Shown here one piece after another: positions 19,871-29,356 of a stretch of 64,000 nucleotides of DNA. Source of the DNA: an uncultured Gammaproteobacteria bacterium (lineage in GTDB: Bacteria > Patescibacteriota > Patescibacteriia > Magasanikbacterales > JBBTXJ01); the NCBI GenBank assembly GCA_964610305.1, contig CAZSVL010000001.1, positions 108,781 to 172,780 on the forward strand, given 5' to 3'. Numbering within the stretch: position 1 is the first letter of the stretch; each line of letters begins with the position of its first letter. A program made the position numbers and the translations under genes. Under the pieces are notes generated by a model. The model was given only the letters and a program-made list of their open reading frames with translations, had not been told where the DNA came from and did no database searches.

Positions 19871-20840
19871 AATCTGCCTTTTTGAGAGGATGAAAGTCTG
19901 TATGTGTCTTTTCTGCAAAGCGGTCAGATGCATGCACGTAACGCGTTGTGGTATCTAGAGATTCGTGGCCTAAAAGCACCTGAATGGCGGCCGGGTTCGC
20001 TCCGGATTCTGCCAAGTACGTAGCAAAACCATGTCTGAGGGTGTGCGCAGAGATGGGTACATTAATACCAAGAAGCTCTCGGTATTTTTTTATTTTTGAC
20101 TGAAGATAGTTAGGCGATATTCTTCGCTTTTTACTGCCATCTTTTGATCCTGAGCCGCGGTACGGAATAAAAACTGCCGGTGCTTCATCATCTCTGAGTT
20201 TTAGATATGCTTGCAGGTGTCTATACGCACGTGGCGTTAAATACACAAATCTCTCTTTTCGGCCTTTGCCTTTTATAAAAATGCGACCAGAGGAGTCAAT
20301 TTGATCTCGGTTAAGGTTCAGCAACTCTGAAATGCGCATGCCAGTGGAGAAGAGTACTTCAAGCATGGCACGGTTACGCTGGGCGAGGAGGGGATTTTTC
20401 TCAAGCTCTGATGGGGACTCAATAAGCGCCACAAGTTCATTGAGCTCACCAACGCGCGCATGTTTCTTATCGGTTTTAACTAATCTAATGGCACCCGCAG
20501 CAAGAGGGTAGGGGAGGTCCATTTCTACCAAATATTTGAGGTAGGCGCGCAGTGAGCTCAAGTGGCGGTTAACAGAGAACGGTGTAAGCTTTTGCTTTGA
20601 TTTTGATTTTGTTGGGGTAACTCTGTCGGTAGAGTAGAGGTAGGCCTTGTATTGCTCAATGACCTTTTTATCAATGCTTTTAAACGCAAGGCCATGCTCT
20701 GTCATAAAGTGTGAAAAGACCAGCAAGTCTCGCTCGTAATTATAAAGCGTTTCTTTGGAATAGTTATTAGTTTGCAGTGACAATAAGAAGTCATCTAAGT
20801 GATGAAGAGATTGGTTACCTGTGGATAACTTTTTGCTCAT
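19869..20840 (-). CDS. xerC: tyrosine recombinase XerC/XerD family
   Basis: C-terminal catalytic region ...HTLRHGFATYLAESGANPAAIQVLLGHESLDTTTRYVH (R..H..R..Y tetrad context); N-terminal core-binding domain. Confidence 0.9.
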   Translation of the reverse strand: MSKKLSTGNQSLHHLDDFLLSLQTNNYSKETLYNYERDLLVFSHFMTEHGLAFKSIDKKVIEQYKAYLYSTDRVTPTKSKSKQKLTPFSVNRHLSSLRAYLKYLVEMDLPYPLAAGAIRLVKTDKKHARVGELNELVALIESPSELEKNPLLAQRNRAMLEVLFSTGMRISELLNLNRDQIDSSGRIFIKGKGRKERFVYLTPRAYRHLQAYLKLRDDEAPAVFIPYRGSGSKDGSKKRRISPNYLQSKIKKYRELLGINVPISAHTLRHGFATYLAESGANPAAIQVLLGHESLDTTTRYVHASDRFAEKTHTDFHPLKKAD

Positions 20841-21096
20841 AACTGAGTGTTAGAGATATTATACTCACTTTATTATAACACATTTTTGACCCTTCAATCT
20901 GTGTTATACACACCTTACTTTAAGGTATATATAGCCCTCTGCTACTTTCTATTATTTTGTGCTTACTTGGGATAGTGGCCGCTATATCTTTCGTCAATAT
21001 GCAGATTTTGCGACACTACCAAAACCCCCTTTGAAAAGTATAGGTATGATGATATCACTTATTTATGTTGTGGAGCCTGACGTAAATTCTATGACC

Positions 21097-22053
21097 TTAC
21101 AAATCCTCAATGTATACCCTTCCTGGGTACCGTGCGTTTATGAGAATGCCGTATGAGGTGTTTATCCTGAGCTCTTTCTGCCAAGCTTCTTTAAAAGTGG
21201 AGAGTTGCTCAGAGAGATTTTCATGCGGATTAAATGATACGCGCACGCCGTCCTTGTGTTCAACAAGAAGCGTTTTAAGCTCTTTTGGTATTATAAAATG
21301 ATGTGTCGCAAAATTTGTATTTTCTTTTAGGTAGGTTGCCACCTCTAAAATGGCGCTTCCCATTGTTTTGTTTATAAGCCCACTCCCCTCTTGTGTATTG
21401 TTATCATCAACGATCACCGTTGGATAATCTCCAAATTGTTGTTTTAGGGCTACAATATCTGGATAATGCGCGGTACTGGTAGGAATTCCTTCCTCCTCTC
21501 CCCCACGGGTAAGGGTCTCATGTATGGCAACGCTTCTTAGGGTGCGTATTGGGGTGCCTGTTTTATCAATCAAGGTGTACTGCTCGCCGTTGTCATGAAT
21601 GATAAATGACAGGCGTTCTGTAACGGTTACACTGATAGTGCTGGGAAAGTATTTTTCTATCGTGATAGAGTCTACAGGAAAATTTGCCGTGACGGCAGAG
21701 CTTATTTTGTCATGATTTAGGAAGAAGTATGAGTTGCCGGGAAACACTAAATATCTCTTTTTTTGTATAACATCTTTTACTTTTTGCGATAGTTGCTGCT
21801 CGTCAATGTTGACGGCATTTCTTACCAACACGTGCTCTACAAAAAAGAACGGATGGTAGATGAGTAGCAGCGCCCAGGCAATCAGCGTCAAAATAAATAT
21901 CACCCCTGCTGCTTTTGTTCTAAGAGTTCCGTTTTCCGCTCGTGGCTTTCGATACGGATTTTCACGACGCACAGACTCTTGTTTGTAGCTTCTTTTCTCA
22001 AACTTTTTTGGGCGTGTTTGCCGAGCGCTCTGGCTATAACCTCTATATTTCAT
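21097..22053 (-). CDS. cell division protein FtsQ/DivIB-like (single TM plus POTRA-like region)
   Basis: basic N-terminus, one TM segment (VIFILTLIAWALLLI), then a beta-rich periplasmic domain; assignment by architecture only. Confidence 0.5.
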   Translation of the reverse strand: MKYRGYSQSARQTRPKKFEKRSYKQESVRRENPYRKPRAENGTLRTKAAGVIFILTLIAWALLLIYHPFFFVEHVLVRNAVNIDEQQLSQKVKDVIQKKRYLVFPGNSYFFLNHDKISSAVTANFPVDSITIEKYFPSTISVTVTERLSFIIHDNGEQYTLIDKTGTPIRTLRSVAIHETLTRGGEEEGIPTSTAHYPDIVALKQQFGDYPTVIVDDNNTQEGSGLINKTMGSAILEVATYLKENTNFATHHFIIPKELKTLLVEHKDGVRVSFNPHENLSEQLSTFKEAWQKELRINTSYGILINARYPGRVYIEDL

Positions 22054-22107
22054 GGGTGTATTGTATCGCAGGCTTGTTTAATTACAAAGCCGGCATGTTG
22101 CCGGCTC

Positions 22108-23334
22108 CTACGTCTTTTTGATTTTTTTGAATCCTGCGTATTTTTGCAGTGCTTTGGGGATGTCTACCGATCCGTCTTCATTTTGATAGTTTTCCAGAAC
22201 GGCCAGGAGTGTTCTGTCTGATACTACCGTATTGTTGAGGGTGTGTACAAATTTTTTTTCTTTGTTTTTTATTTTGAGCCTTCTGGTTTGAAAATCTGTG
22301 GTGTTGCTGGCGCTGCCCAACTCTCTGTATTTTTTTTGTCCGGGGAACCATGCTTCTATGTCTATTGTTTTTGCGGCCTGGAATCCTAGATCTCCTGTGC
22401 AGAGTTGCATTACTTGATATGGGATCTCAAGCGATTGATAGAATTTTTCAGAGAGGGCAATAATTTCATCAAGCATTTGCCATGATTTTTCTGGCTCGCA
22501 AAAGACCATCATCTCTACTTTGTTAAATTGATGAACGCGTAGAACGCCCCGCGTGTCTTTTCCATAACTTCCCGCTTCTCTTCTAAAACAGGGACTTTGC
22601 GCGGCGTATTTTACCGGAAGCTCATCAAGCACTTCCCCACCGTGAAAGGCAGTGATGGCCTGTTCTGAGGTGCCAATTAAAAACAGATCATCTTTTCCTG
22701 GATTTACATTGTAGACCTCGCTTCTTCCGTTTGGAAAGTATCCTGTTCCCTCCAGTGCGCTCTCCCCCACTAAAATAGGCGTTACTAAAAGTTCGTACCC
22801 TTCTTTTGTAATAAAATCTACCGCATAGCGCATGAGTGCGTGCTCTAGTTTTGCAATAGGCCCTCTTAGATAATAAAACCGCGAACCGCTAACGCGTGCT
22901 CCTCTATCCAGATCAAAATACTGAGCTATAGAATCTATTTCAAAATGCTCTTTTGCGTTTTTAATTTTTGGTTTTTTGCCAAATGATCTAAGTTTTTTGT
23001 TTTCTGTGTCGTCTACGCCAACACCGACAGATTTATGAGGAATGTTTGGCAGGGATAACAGGATTTGTTTGTGTTCCCACTCTAAAACTGAGAGCTTCTC
23101 TTCTTCTTTTTTTATGTTTTCTGAGAGTTTTTTTAGCTGAGTCCTCTGCTTTTCTGTTGGTTTTCCTTTTGAGCCGCTATTACGTTTGGCTCTGAGTGTT
23201 TCTACCTTTTGCAGCAGCTTTTTTCTTTTTTCGTCTAATTTCAAAAAGGCAGGCATGTCTATAACCATGCCACGGTCTTTTATTGCTTTTGAGACCTTGT
23301 CTGGGTTGTCTTTGACAAACTGCGGATCTAACAT
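22108..23334 (-). CDS. serS: serine--tRNA ligase
   Basis: N-terminal coiled-coil arm plus class II core motifs (FRREAGS..G, GDLGF, ENYQNEDGS). Confidence 0.95.
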   Translation of the reverse strand: MLDPQFVKDNPDKVSKAIKDRGMVIDMPAFLKLDEKRKKLLQKVETLRAKRNSGSKGKPTEKQRTQLKKLSENIKKEEEKLSVLEWEHKQILLSLPNIPHKSVGVGVDDTENKKLRSFGKKPKIKNAKEHFEIDSIAQYFDLDRGARVSGSRFYYLRGPIAKLEHALMRYAVDFITKEGYELLVTPILVGESALEGTGYFPNGRSEVYNVNPGKDDLFLIGTSEQAITAFHGGEVLDELPVKYAAQSPCFRREAGSYGKDTRGVLRVHQFNKVEMMVFCEPEKSWQMLDEIIALSEKFYQSLEIPYQVMQLCTGDLGFQAAKTIDIEAWFPGQKKYRELGSASNTTDFQTRRLKIKNKEKKFVHTLNNTVVSDRTLLAVLENYQNEDGSVDIPKALQKYAGFKKIKKT

Positions 23335-24189
23335 TTATATCAAGGGTAGTGCTGCTTTGATTATTTTTTGATTGCCTGGCAACATTTTATATTTTTTGGC
23401 GTCCTTAGGCTCTATCCATCGGCATTCCAAGACTTCTTGGTCATGTGGCGCCAGTCTTCCACCAATAGGCTTACAAAGATAGGTTATCACATAGAGCTGA
23501 CCTATGCCAGATCTGCCATTGTACGTGCCCATATATATCATGGGTACTGGCTTGCCTATTTCTATTTTTAGGCCTGTTTCTTCCTTTACTTCTCTACGCA
23601 AAGACTGATGTATGGTCTCTCCGTGCTCTACTCCCCCACCCGGAAATTCCCATTTTCTGTGAAATTTTTTGTTGGCGGGATCGTTTCTTTTTGAGATGAG
23701 GATTTTTCCGTTTTTTACGATGAGAGCAACAATGGCTACAAATTGGCGCGGCGTGATGGAGTCGCTGCTTATGGCAGCTTTATATTTACTGCTTTTAATT
23801 CTCTTTGGCGCGTATGGCTTTAGCTGAACCACTTTGGTTTTCATTCCTTGTCTACCTAATTCTTCTTTTAGTTCCAAAGCAAAAGTATGCTGCTGATCAT
23901 AGCCAAGGCAAATGACGTCTGGCTTTACGGCACGTATTACTTTATAGGGGTCTTTTTGATCGCCCAAGATAGCTTTGTCCACTACCCCAATGCTTTCTAG
24001 AATACTTTTGCGTTCTTTTTCTGTGTGAAGCGGCTTGCGCCCCTTTATTTTCTCTACCGTTTTATCACGAGCCAAAACAACGACCAATCGGTCGCCATAT
24101 TTTTTTGCGTTTTTGAGCAGATACAGATGGCCCGCATGAAAAAAATCAAACGTGCCGGTAACCAGAACGGTTTTTGTTTTTTTATGCAT
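23335..24189 (-). CDS. bifunctional nucleotidyltransferase (HxGH cytidylyl/adenylyltransferase) - NUDIX hydrolase fusion, NadM-Nudix-like
   Basis: N-terminus VLVTGTFDFFHAGHLYLL (HxGH nucleotidyltransferase fold); C-terminus GGGVEHGETIHQSLRREVKEETGL Nudix box; directly abuts serS (ATG-TAA junction). Confidence 0.7.
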   Translation of the reverse strand: MHKKTKTVLVTGTFDFFHAGHLYLLKNAKKYGDRLVVVLARDKTVEKIKGRKPLHTEKERKSILESIGVVDKAILGDQKDPYKVIRAVKPDVICLGYDQQHTFALELKEELGRQGMKTKVVQLKPYAPKRIKSSKYKAAISSDSITPRQFVAIVALIVKNGKILISKRNDPANKKFHRKWEFPGGGVEHGETIHQSLRREVKEETGLKIEIGKPVPMIYMGTYNGRSGIGQLYVITYLCKPIGGRLAPHDQEVLECRWIEPKDAKKYKMLPGNQKIIKAALPLI

Positions 24190-24394
24190 GAAAAAAGATT
24201 ACTTCAACTGCGACTGTTGCTACTATTAATATTACAGCAATTACCGATCCAATGATAATATTTCTATTTTCAATACGTAAAGATTTGATCTCGTCTCTTA
24301 GGTGTACAACATCTTTTGAAAGCGATCGTAATGACGCTTCTTCAAGTGTAATGAGTGTGCTGGCTTGCGGCTTCTCTTTTTCTGCATTTTCCAT
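24182..24394 (-). CDS. small tail-anchored membrane protein (hypothetical)
   Basis: 70 aa, coiled-coil then one C-terminal TM; overlaps the neighbouring start by 8 nt. Confidence 0.4.
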   Translation of the reverse strand: MENAEKEKPQASTLITLEEASLRSLSKDVVHLRDEIKSLRIENRNIIIGSVIAVILIVATVAVEVIFFHA

Positions 24395-24396
24395 AC

Positions 24397-24618
24397 TTAT
24401 GGTTGGTAGAAGCCGCGTATGACAAAAACACCATTGAGCTCGTCACCCGCAATGTCCATATTTCTGAAGTCCTGAAAGTTTATTCCTCCTAGGGCCACAC
24501 CTGATCCCAGCGAAACACCTGGGCTAAATACAATGCCATTAACATTTATTTTTCTAATAGGACTAAGAGTACCATCTGGATTGTCGGTAAATACATCTCT
24601 AAAACGAAGGCGCTGCAT
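24397..24618 (-). CDS. small hypothetical protein
   Basis: 73-aa Gly-rich ORF between lysS and the small membrane ORF with tight spacing; no recognised motif. Confidence 0.35.
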   Translation of the reverse strand: MQRLRFRDVFTDNPDGTLSPIRKINVNGIVFSPGVSLGSGVALGGINFQDFRNMDIAGDELNGVFVIRGFYQP

Positions 24619-24622
24619 GTGT

Positions 24623-26107
24623 CTATTTTTTTGGTTTTAGAACGGGAAATGGTATTACATCTCTGATGGTTTGTGCGTTAGTAAATAGCATGGCCATGCG
24701 GTCTATTCCTATGGCCGCGCCCGTGGTTGGCGGCATGCCGTGCTTCATAGCCTCTACAAAGTCGTGGTCGGGCTCATGGATGTCCTCTACCGTGCTTCCG
24801 GCTTTTGCCTTTTTGCTCTCTTCTATGAATCGCTCTTCTAGTTCTAGCGGATCATTAAGTTCCGAATAATTGTTTCCGTGCTCAGATCCCAATATGAAAT
24901 GCTCAAATCTTTCTACAAATTCTGGTTTGCCGGGAACTCGTTTTGCTAGAGGTGATGTTTCTACGGGATATTCGTAAACAATAGTTGGCTGAATGAGCTT
25001 CTCCTCTACTTTCTCTTCAAATAGTAATGCGATAGAAAGCCCAACATTGTGCGCCGTTTTAATTTTATCTGCCGGAATCTTTGTTTTTTTCAGCGCCGCA
25101 TGAGCTTCTTTTACACTTTTCCATGAGCTCACATCTATACCAGTGTGCTCAGAGATTGCATCTACCATTGTTATACGTTTCCATGGTCTTGCAACGCTTA
25201 TGGTTTGGTCATCCCAAACAATGTCCGTGCCGCCAAGTAGTTTTTGAGCGCAGAATTCATAACATTGCTCAATTAAATCCATGTTGTAGGTGTAGTCATG
25301 ATACGCGGCCATAGTCTCAAGCATGGTAAATTCTGGATTATGCGTTTTATCCACACCTTCATTGCGAAACATCCTTGCAATCTCATACACCTTTTCTAGT
25401 CCACCGACTACAAATCTTTTTAAGTAGAGCTCTGTTGAGATGCGCAGATACATGTCTATGCCTAGAGCGTTATGTTTGGTAGAAAATGGACGCGCAAATC
25501 CGCCACCGTATAATGGCTGCAAGATGGGCGTTTCAACTTCAATATATCCTTGGTCATCTAAAAATTCTCTGACGGTGTTGATCAGCTTGCTTTTCATTTT
25601 AAAGCGTTCCAAAACTTCCGGATTGCTCAGCATATCCAGATAGCGCTTTCTTAGTTGCGTTTGCCTATCTTTTAGTCCTGCACGCTTTTCTGCCAGCGGC
25701 ATGATGGTTTTGGTGAGCAATTCAAGAGATGACACCATAAGGGATTTTTCTCCCTTTTTGGTTGTCATGGGCGACCCATGTCCCACAATAATGTCTCCAC
25801 GGTCTATGTTGTTTTTAAGCAGATCGTACTGCTCCTCCCCTACCTCATTTTTCTTTATAAAAAATTGTACGATACCGGTTTCATCTTGCACATGGGCAAA
25901 CGTTGTGCCACCTTGTCTGCGGATGCTCATCACGCGTCCGGCCACCGTTACAGAGCTGTCCCCTATCATCTCAAAGTTATCCAAAAAGTCGCCGATCGCT
26001 CTGCGCTTTTTATTCCAAGACGGAAACGGATCTATGCCCGCGTCCCTCAGTGATTGAATTTTACCAATCCTCTCCTCTTGTTCTGATTGATGCGCTTTTT
26101 TTGTCAT
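24623..26107 (-). CDS. lysS: lysine--tRNA ligase (class II)
   Basis: OB-fold anticodon-binding N-terminus and class II motifs (FRNEG, GGGFARPF..., GIGIDR). Confidence 0.95.
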   Translation of the reverse strand: MTKKAHQSEQEERIGKIQSLRDAGIDPFPSWNKKRRAIGDFLDNFEMIGDSSVTVAGRVMSIRRQGGTTFAHVQDETGIVQFFIKKNEVGEEQYDLLKNNIDRGDIIVGHGSPMTTKKGEKSLMVSSLELLTKTIMPLAEKRAGLKDRQTQLRKRYLDMLSNPEVLERFKMKSKLINTVREFLDDQGYIEVETPILQPLYGGGFARPFSTKHNALGIDMYLRISTELYLKRFVVGGLEKVYEIARMFRNEGVDKTHNPEFTMLETMAAYHDYTYNMDLIEQCYEFCAQKLLGGTDIVWDDQTISVARPWKRITMVDAISEHTGIDVSSWKSVKEAHAALKKTKIPADKIKTAHNVGLSIALLFEEKVEEKLIQPTIVYEYPVETSPLAKRVPGKPEFVERFEHFILGSEHGNNYSELNDPLELEERFIEESKKAKAGSTVEDIHEPDHDFVEAMKHGMPPTTGAAIGIDRMAMLFTNAQTIRDVIPFPVLKPKK

Positions 26108-26211
26108 GCAAGCAGTATAGTTTTTTAGCTGAATTTAGTCAATAAGAAAACCGACCGTGTGTGGCTGGTTGGTGCTTTTTTGCATCTTTGGCGCGAAGTT
26201 GTTTGAATAAT

Positions 26212-26379
26212 GCTGTAGGCTGTAGGCTTTATGCTGTATGCCCTTTTAGCGTCATGCTGAATTTAATTCAGCATCCAGTTAGGAAACTAAGACTTACTCA
26301 ATTTTTACCCTAGATTCTGAATCAAGTTCAGGATGACATGTCGATACCTTACAGTATAAAGCCTACAGCCTACAGCATC
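26212..26379. repeat. composite palindromic element: 29-31-nt outer inverted repeats flanking an 87-nt GTCATGCTGAA...TTCAGGATGAC hairpin unit (MITE/REP-like)
   Basis: left arm gctgtaggctgtaggctttatgctgtatgcc (26212-26242) is the reverse complement of acagtataaagcctacagcctacagcatc (26351-26379); inner unit 26251-26337 with internal palindromes gctgaatttaattcagc and ctgaatcaagttcag; a related copy lies at 40169-40340. Confidence 0.7.
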
Positions 26380-26417
26380 TTGCATATAGCCAAACACTCA
26401 TGGCGCGGTACGGCCGG

Positions 26418-26882
26418 TCAAGATATAGATTTTATCGTATATGACTTTTTTCCGCCTGGCGTGTCCACTTCAACCTCATCTCCCATATTGTGATCTAGGA
26501 ATGCTGCTCCAAGAGGTGATTCGTTGGAAATTTTGCCAGAAGCTGGATCAGCCTCTGAGGCTCCCACTATAGTAAGCACGCGCTCGTTCCCATCTGACTC
26601 TACCGTGATGGTGCATCCTATGTGAACGGTATCACTTCCACTGCTTTGGTCTATTACTTTAACTTTATGCAGTTTGTTTTCCAGTTCTGCTAGTTTGCTT
26701 TGTAGCCAGACCATTTCATCCTTTGCTTCTTGGTAATCTGCGTTTTCGGAGAGGTCTCCCAGTTGCTTTGCATCGTCAATTCTGACGGCCATGGCGGGAA
26801 TGGTTACCTCTTTGAGCTCTTTGTACTCTGCCTCCAGCTTTTGCAGCCCGGCCGGAGTTACATATGTTGGTTGTTCATCCAT
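26418..26882 (-). CDS. greA: transcription elongation factor GreA
   Basis: N-terminal coiled-coil with conserved acidic tip residues, C-terminal FKBP-like domain. Confidence 0.9.
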   Translation of the reverse strand: MDEQPTYVTPAGLQKLEAEYKELKEVTIPAMAVRIDDAKQLGDLSENADYQEAKDEMVWLQSKLAELENKLHKVKVIDQSSGSDTVHIGCTITVESDGNERVLTIVGASEADPASGKISNESPLGAAFLDHNMGDEVEVDTPGGKKSYTIKSIS

Positions 26883-26918
26883 AGATCAAATTAATACCTG
26901 CGTATTCTAGCATATTAC

Positions 26919-28829
26919 CTATTGTGTTGACCACCACCGCAGAAATTCTCTGGCAATGGGCAGCGCTGTTTTTGTTCCTCCTTCCCCCTCTTCTACTACA
27001 ACAGCTATTACTAGCTCTGGATCATCGTAAGGTGCAAAACCAGCAAACCAGCTATGAGGTGCTTTTTTGGATGACCATTGTGCTGTTCCGGTTTTTCCGC
27101 CGCTGGAAACCGGCAGCGTACTCATAGAAACGCAACTGCCGTATTCCACACATGCTTGCATCCCTTGTTTAACCGTTTGAAGGTGGGTTTTTTCTATGGG
27201 AAGCGTGGTAATTATCTGAGGATCAATAGGCTGAACCTCTGCGCTGCTTGGGTCAACAACTCTTATGGCTAAGTGTGGTCGATAGACTGTGCCACCGTTT
27301 AGCAGCGCTGCAGTAGCTGTGCCCATTTGCAGCGGTGTCACTAGTACATCTCCTTGACCAATAGACAAGTTATAGGTGTCTCCTATGTACCAACGCTCCC
27401 CTTTTGCCTCTTGTTTCCACTCTGGCGAGGGAATGTGACCACTTGCTTCTGCGGGTATATCAATACCAAGTTTTTGAGTGAGGCCAAAGTGCACAAGGTA
27501 CTGTTTAATACGATCCACACCCAAACCTTCTATCTGTTCATATCCACCACCAATTATGTAAAAAAAGGTGTTCACAGATTCTGCTATGGCTTTTATAACG
27601 CCGGTGATTCCATGGCCCCCTGCCTTCCAGTCAGGAAAAAACCATCTGCTCACTTGCAACCCTCCTTCACTTTTGAATCTTGAGTTCTGGCTTATAATGT
27701 TCTCTTGCAAAGCGGCGGCTGCAAGAAGCGGTTTAATGGTGGAGCCTGATGGGTAAGTTCCCGCCACCGCTCGGTTAAAGAGAGGGTTGTCTGGATCATC
27801 GGCATATTGTCTGTATGTGGCAGTGTCTATTCCGCCGGTAAAATCATTATTATTGTAGGTGGGGATGCTTACCATGGCGTTAATAACACCCGAGTTTGGA
27901 TTTAAAATAATAGCGGCTGCGCGCGTGACTCCTTTTGCTTTTAAAACGTCTTTTGTTATTCTTTCTAGATTTTGCTGCCACGATTTATCAATACCAAGAA
28001 CTACGTGCCTGCCTGGCGTGGGAGGATCTTGTGCCAATGTGAGTTTCTTGCGACCCGCGGCGTCTACTTCTACGCGTTGCTTGCCATAATGACCACGCAA
28101 GAAATCTTCATAGTTTTTTTCTATCCCTGTTTTCCCTAGCGTATCGGTGGGAAGATAGCCAAGGTCATATTTATCTTTGAGCTCTTCTGGAGAGAGTTTT
28201 CCAACATATCCTAGAATGTGCGAGAGGCTGCTGGGCGTGCTACTTACCGCCGGGTCAAGTGGGCTGTAGAGCCTTTGTGTTGTGTTTTCCACTCTGATGC
28301 CGGGCAAATCTGCACTTTCAATTATTAGATTAAGAGCTTTTTGATAATCAATACCGGTTGCAACGTGGAGCGCCTCATATGAGTAGTTACGGTATTCTTC
28401 CAAGATGTCTATAATATTCTCTGTTGGTATCCCTGCTAGTCCGGCCGCCTTCTGAATGACCTCGTCTCTTGTTTCGGGTTTTTTTGGCAGATCCTGTGGA
28501 AGTATAGTAAGAGAAAAACTAGTGGTGTTGCCTACAAGCGGCTGGTTATTGCGATCATATATAATGCCGCGGTTTGAAGGAATAGGAATGATGCGTACCC
28601 GATTATGTTCTGCCGCCTGCAAATGTTTTGCGCCCATAAATCCTTGAATATAAATGAGCCTGGTAACAACTGCCACGGCAAAAATGCCAAACAAAATTGA
28701 TATCATTTTTACATTTCCAGATAACTGCGTGTTGCTTACAAATCTTTTTCTGTTGTGACTGCTAGAGAGAGCTCCGCTGTACGTATGTTCAACCCACTGC
28801 TTTTTTTTGTTGACGGCGTCGCGCTTCAT
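26919..28829 (-). CDS. mrdA: penicillin-binding protein 2 (elongasome transpeptidase)
   Basis: SGSTIKP, SNN-region and KTGTAQ transpeptidase motifs with one N-terminal TM; the ORF-track N-terminal extension to 29003 overlaps mreD; ATG at 28827-28829 (MKRDAVNKKKQ) gives the usual 4-nt overlap with the mreD stop. Confidence 0.85.
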   Translation of the reverse strand: MKRDAVNKKKQWVEHTYSGALSSSHNRKRFVSNTQLSGNVKMISILFGIFAVAVVTRLIYIQGFMGAKHLQAAEHNRVRIIPIPSNRGIIYDRNNQPLVGNTTSFSLTILPQDLPKKPETRDEVIQKAAGLAGIPTENIIDILEEYRNYSYEALHVATGIDYQKALNLIIESADLPGIRVENTTQRLYSPLDPAVSSTPSSLSHILGYVGKLSPEELKDKYDLGYLPTDTLGKTGIEKNYEDFLRGHYGKQRVEVDAAGRKKLTLAQDPPTPGRHVVLGIDKSWQQNLERITKDVLKAKGVTRAAAIILNPNSGVINAMVSIPTYNNNDFTGGIDTATYRQYADDPDNPLFNRAVAGTYPSGSTIKPLLAAAALQENIISQNSRFKSEGGLQVSRWFFPDWKAGGHGITGVIKAIAESVNTFFYIIGGGYEQIEGLGVDRIKQYLVHFGLTQKLGIDIPAEASGHIPSPEWKQEAKGERWYIGDTYNLSIGQGDVLVTPLQMGTATAALLNGGTVYRPHLAIRVVDPSSAEVQPIDPQIITTLPIEKTHLQTVKQGMQACVEYGSCVSMSTLPVSSGGKTGTAQWSSKKAPHSWFAGFAPYDDPELVIAVVVEEGEGGTKTALPIAREFLRWWSTQ

Positions 28830-29356
28830 ATATCGCTTAAGTCTAGACTGAGTCGGGCGTGACGCGTTTTTCTGCTCCACAGGGCATAGAGGAAAACAAT
28901 AAGCGCTCCCGCAATGGATGTTGCAACAATTTCTGTAATAGAATGACGAAAAACTACCCGAGCGCTCGGCAGGGCGGTGGTTGTCCATGCGGATGCGATC
29001 CACAGCATGAGCGCAAAACTTGCTCTGAAGAGCGCGGTCATAGAAGCAATTAAGAGTACACCGCCAGATAATTGAAGCGTGCTGAGCAGCGTGGTTGCTA
29101 TAATCATTCCACCACTTACACTGATAACCATAGAGCTTAGCACCAGGCCAAAGGGGGTGATGGCGTACAGTTCCATAAGCACCCCCATAAGCATGGTGGT
29201 AAAAAGAGCAAGTCGGTAGCGGGTGGATATAACCATAAGCGCAATAAGAAGAAGACTTACGTTGATGGCATTTAGCGGATAAGGTGCTGTGCTGCTAAAT
29301 CCCATATGCAGCGCGCCTACACCCAGAAACGTGAATAAATATAAAAAAGCGGTCAT
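28826..29356 (-). CDS. mreD: rod shape-determining protein MreD
   Basis: 176-aa polytopic membrane protein between mreC and PBP2 with overlapping stops and starts. Confidence 0.7.
   Translation of the reverse strand: MTAFLYLFTFLGVGALHMGFSSTAPYPLNAINVSLLLIALMVISTRYRLALFTTMLMGVLMELYAITPFGLVLSSMVISVSGGMIIATTLLSTLQLSGGVLLIASMTALFRASFALMLWIASAWTTTALPSARVVFRHSITEIVATSIAGALIVFLYALWSRKTRHARLSLDLSDI

Noticed and set aside
20841-21096. dif-like Xer recombination site or attachment-site repeats flanking the xer gene
   Set aside because: The region is AT-rich with a TATATAT core (about 20915-20930), but no convincing 11-6-11 dif architecture and no direct repeats matching sequence near 18338-18400 were found. 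Not supported.
28830-29003. 58-codon N-terminal extension of the PBP2 ORF call
   Set aside because: It overlaps mreD in another frame, is Cys-rich and non-PBP-like. ATG at 28827-28829 restores the typical 4-nt mreD-mrdA overlap.
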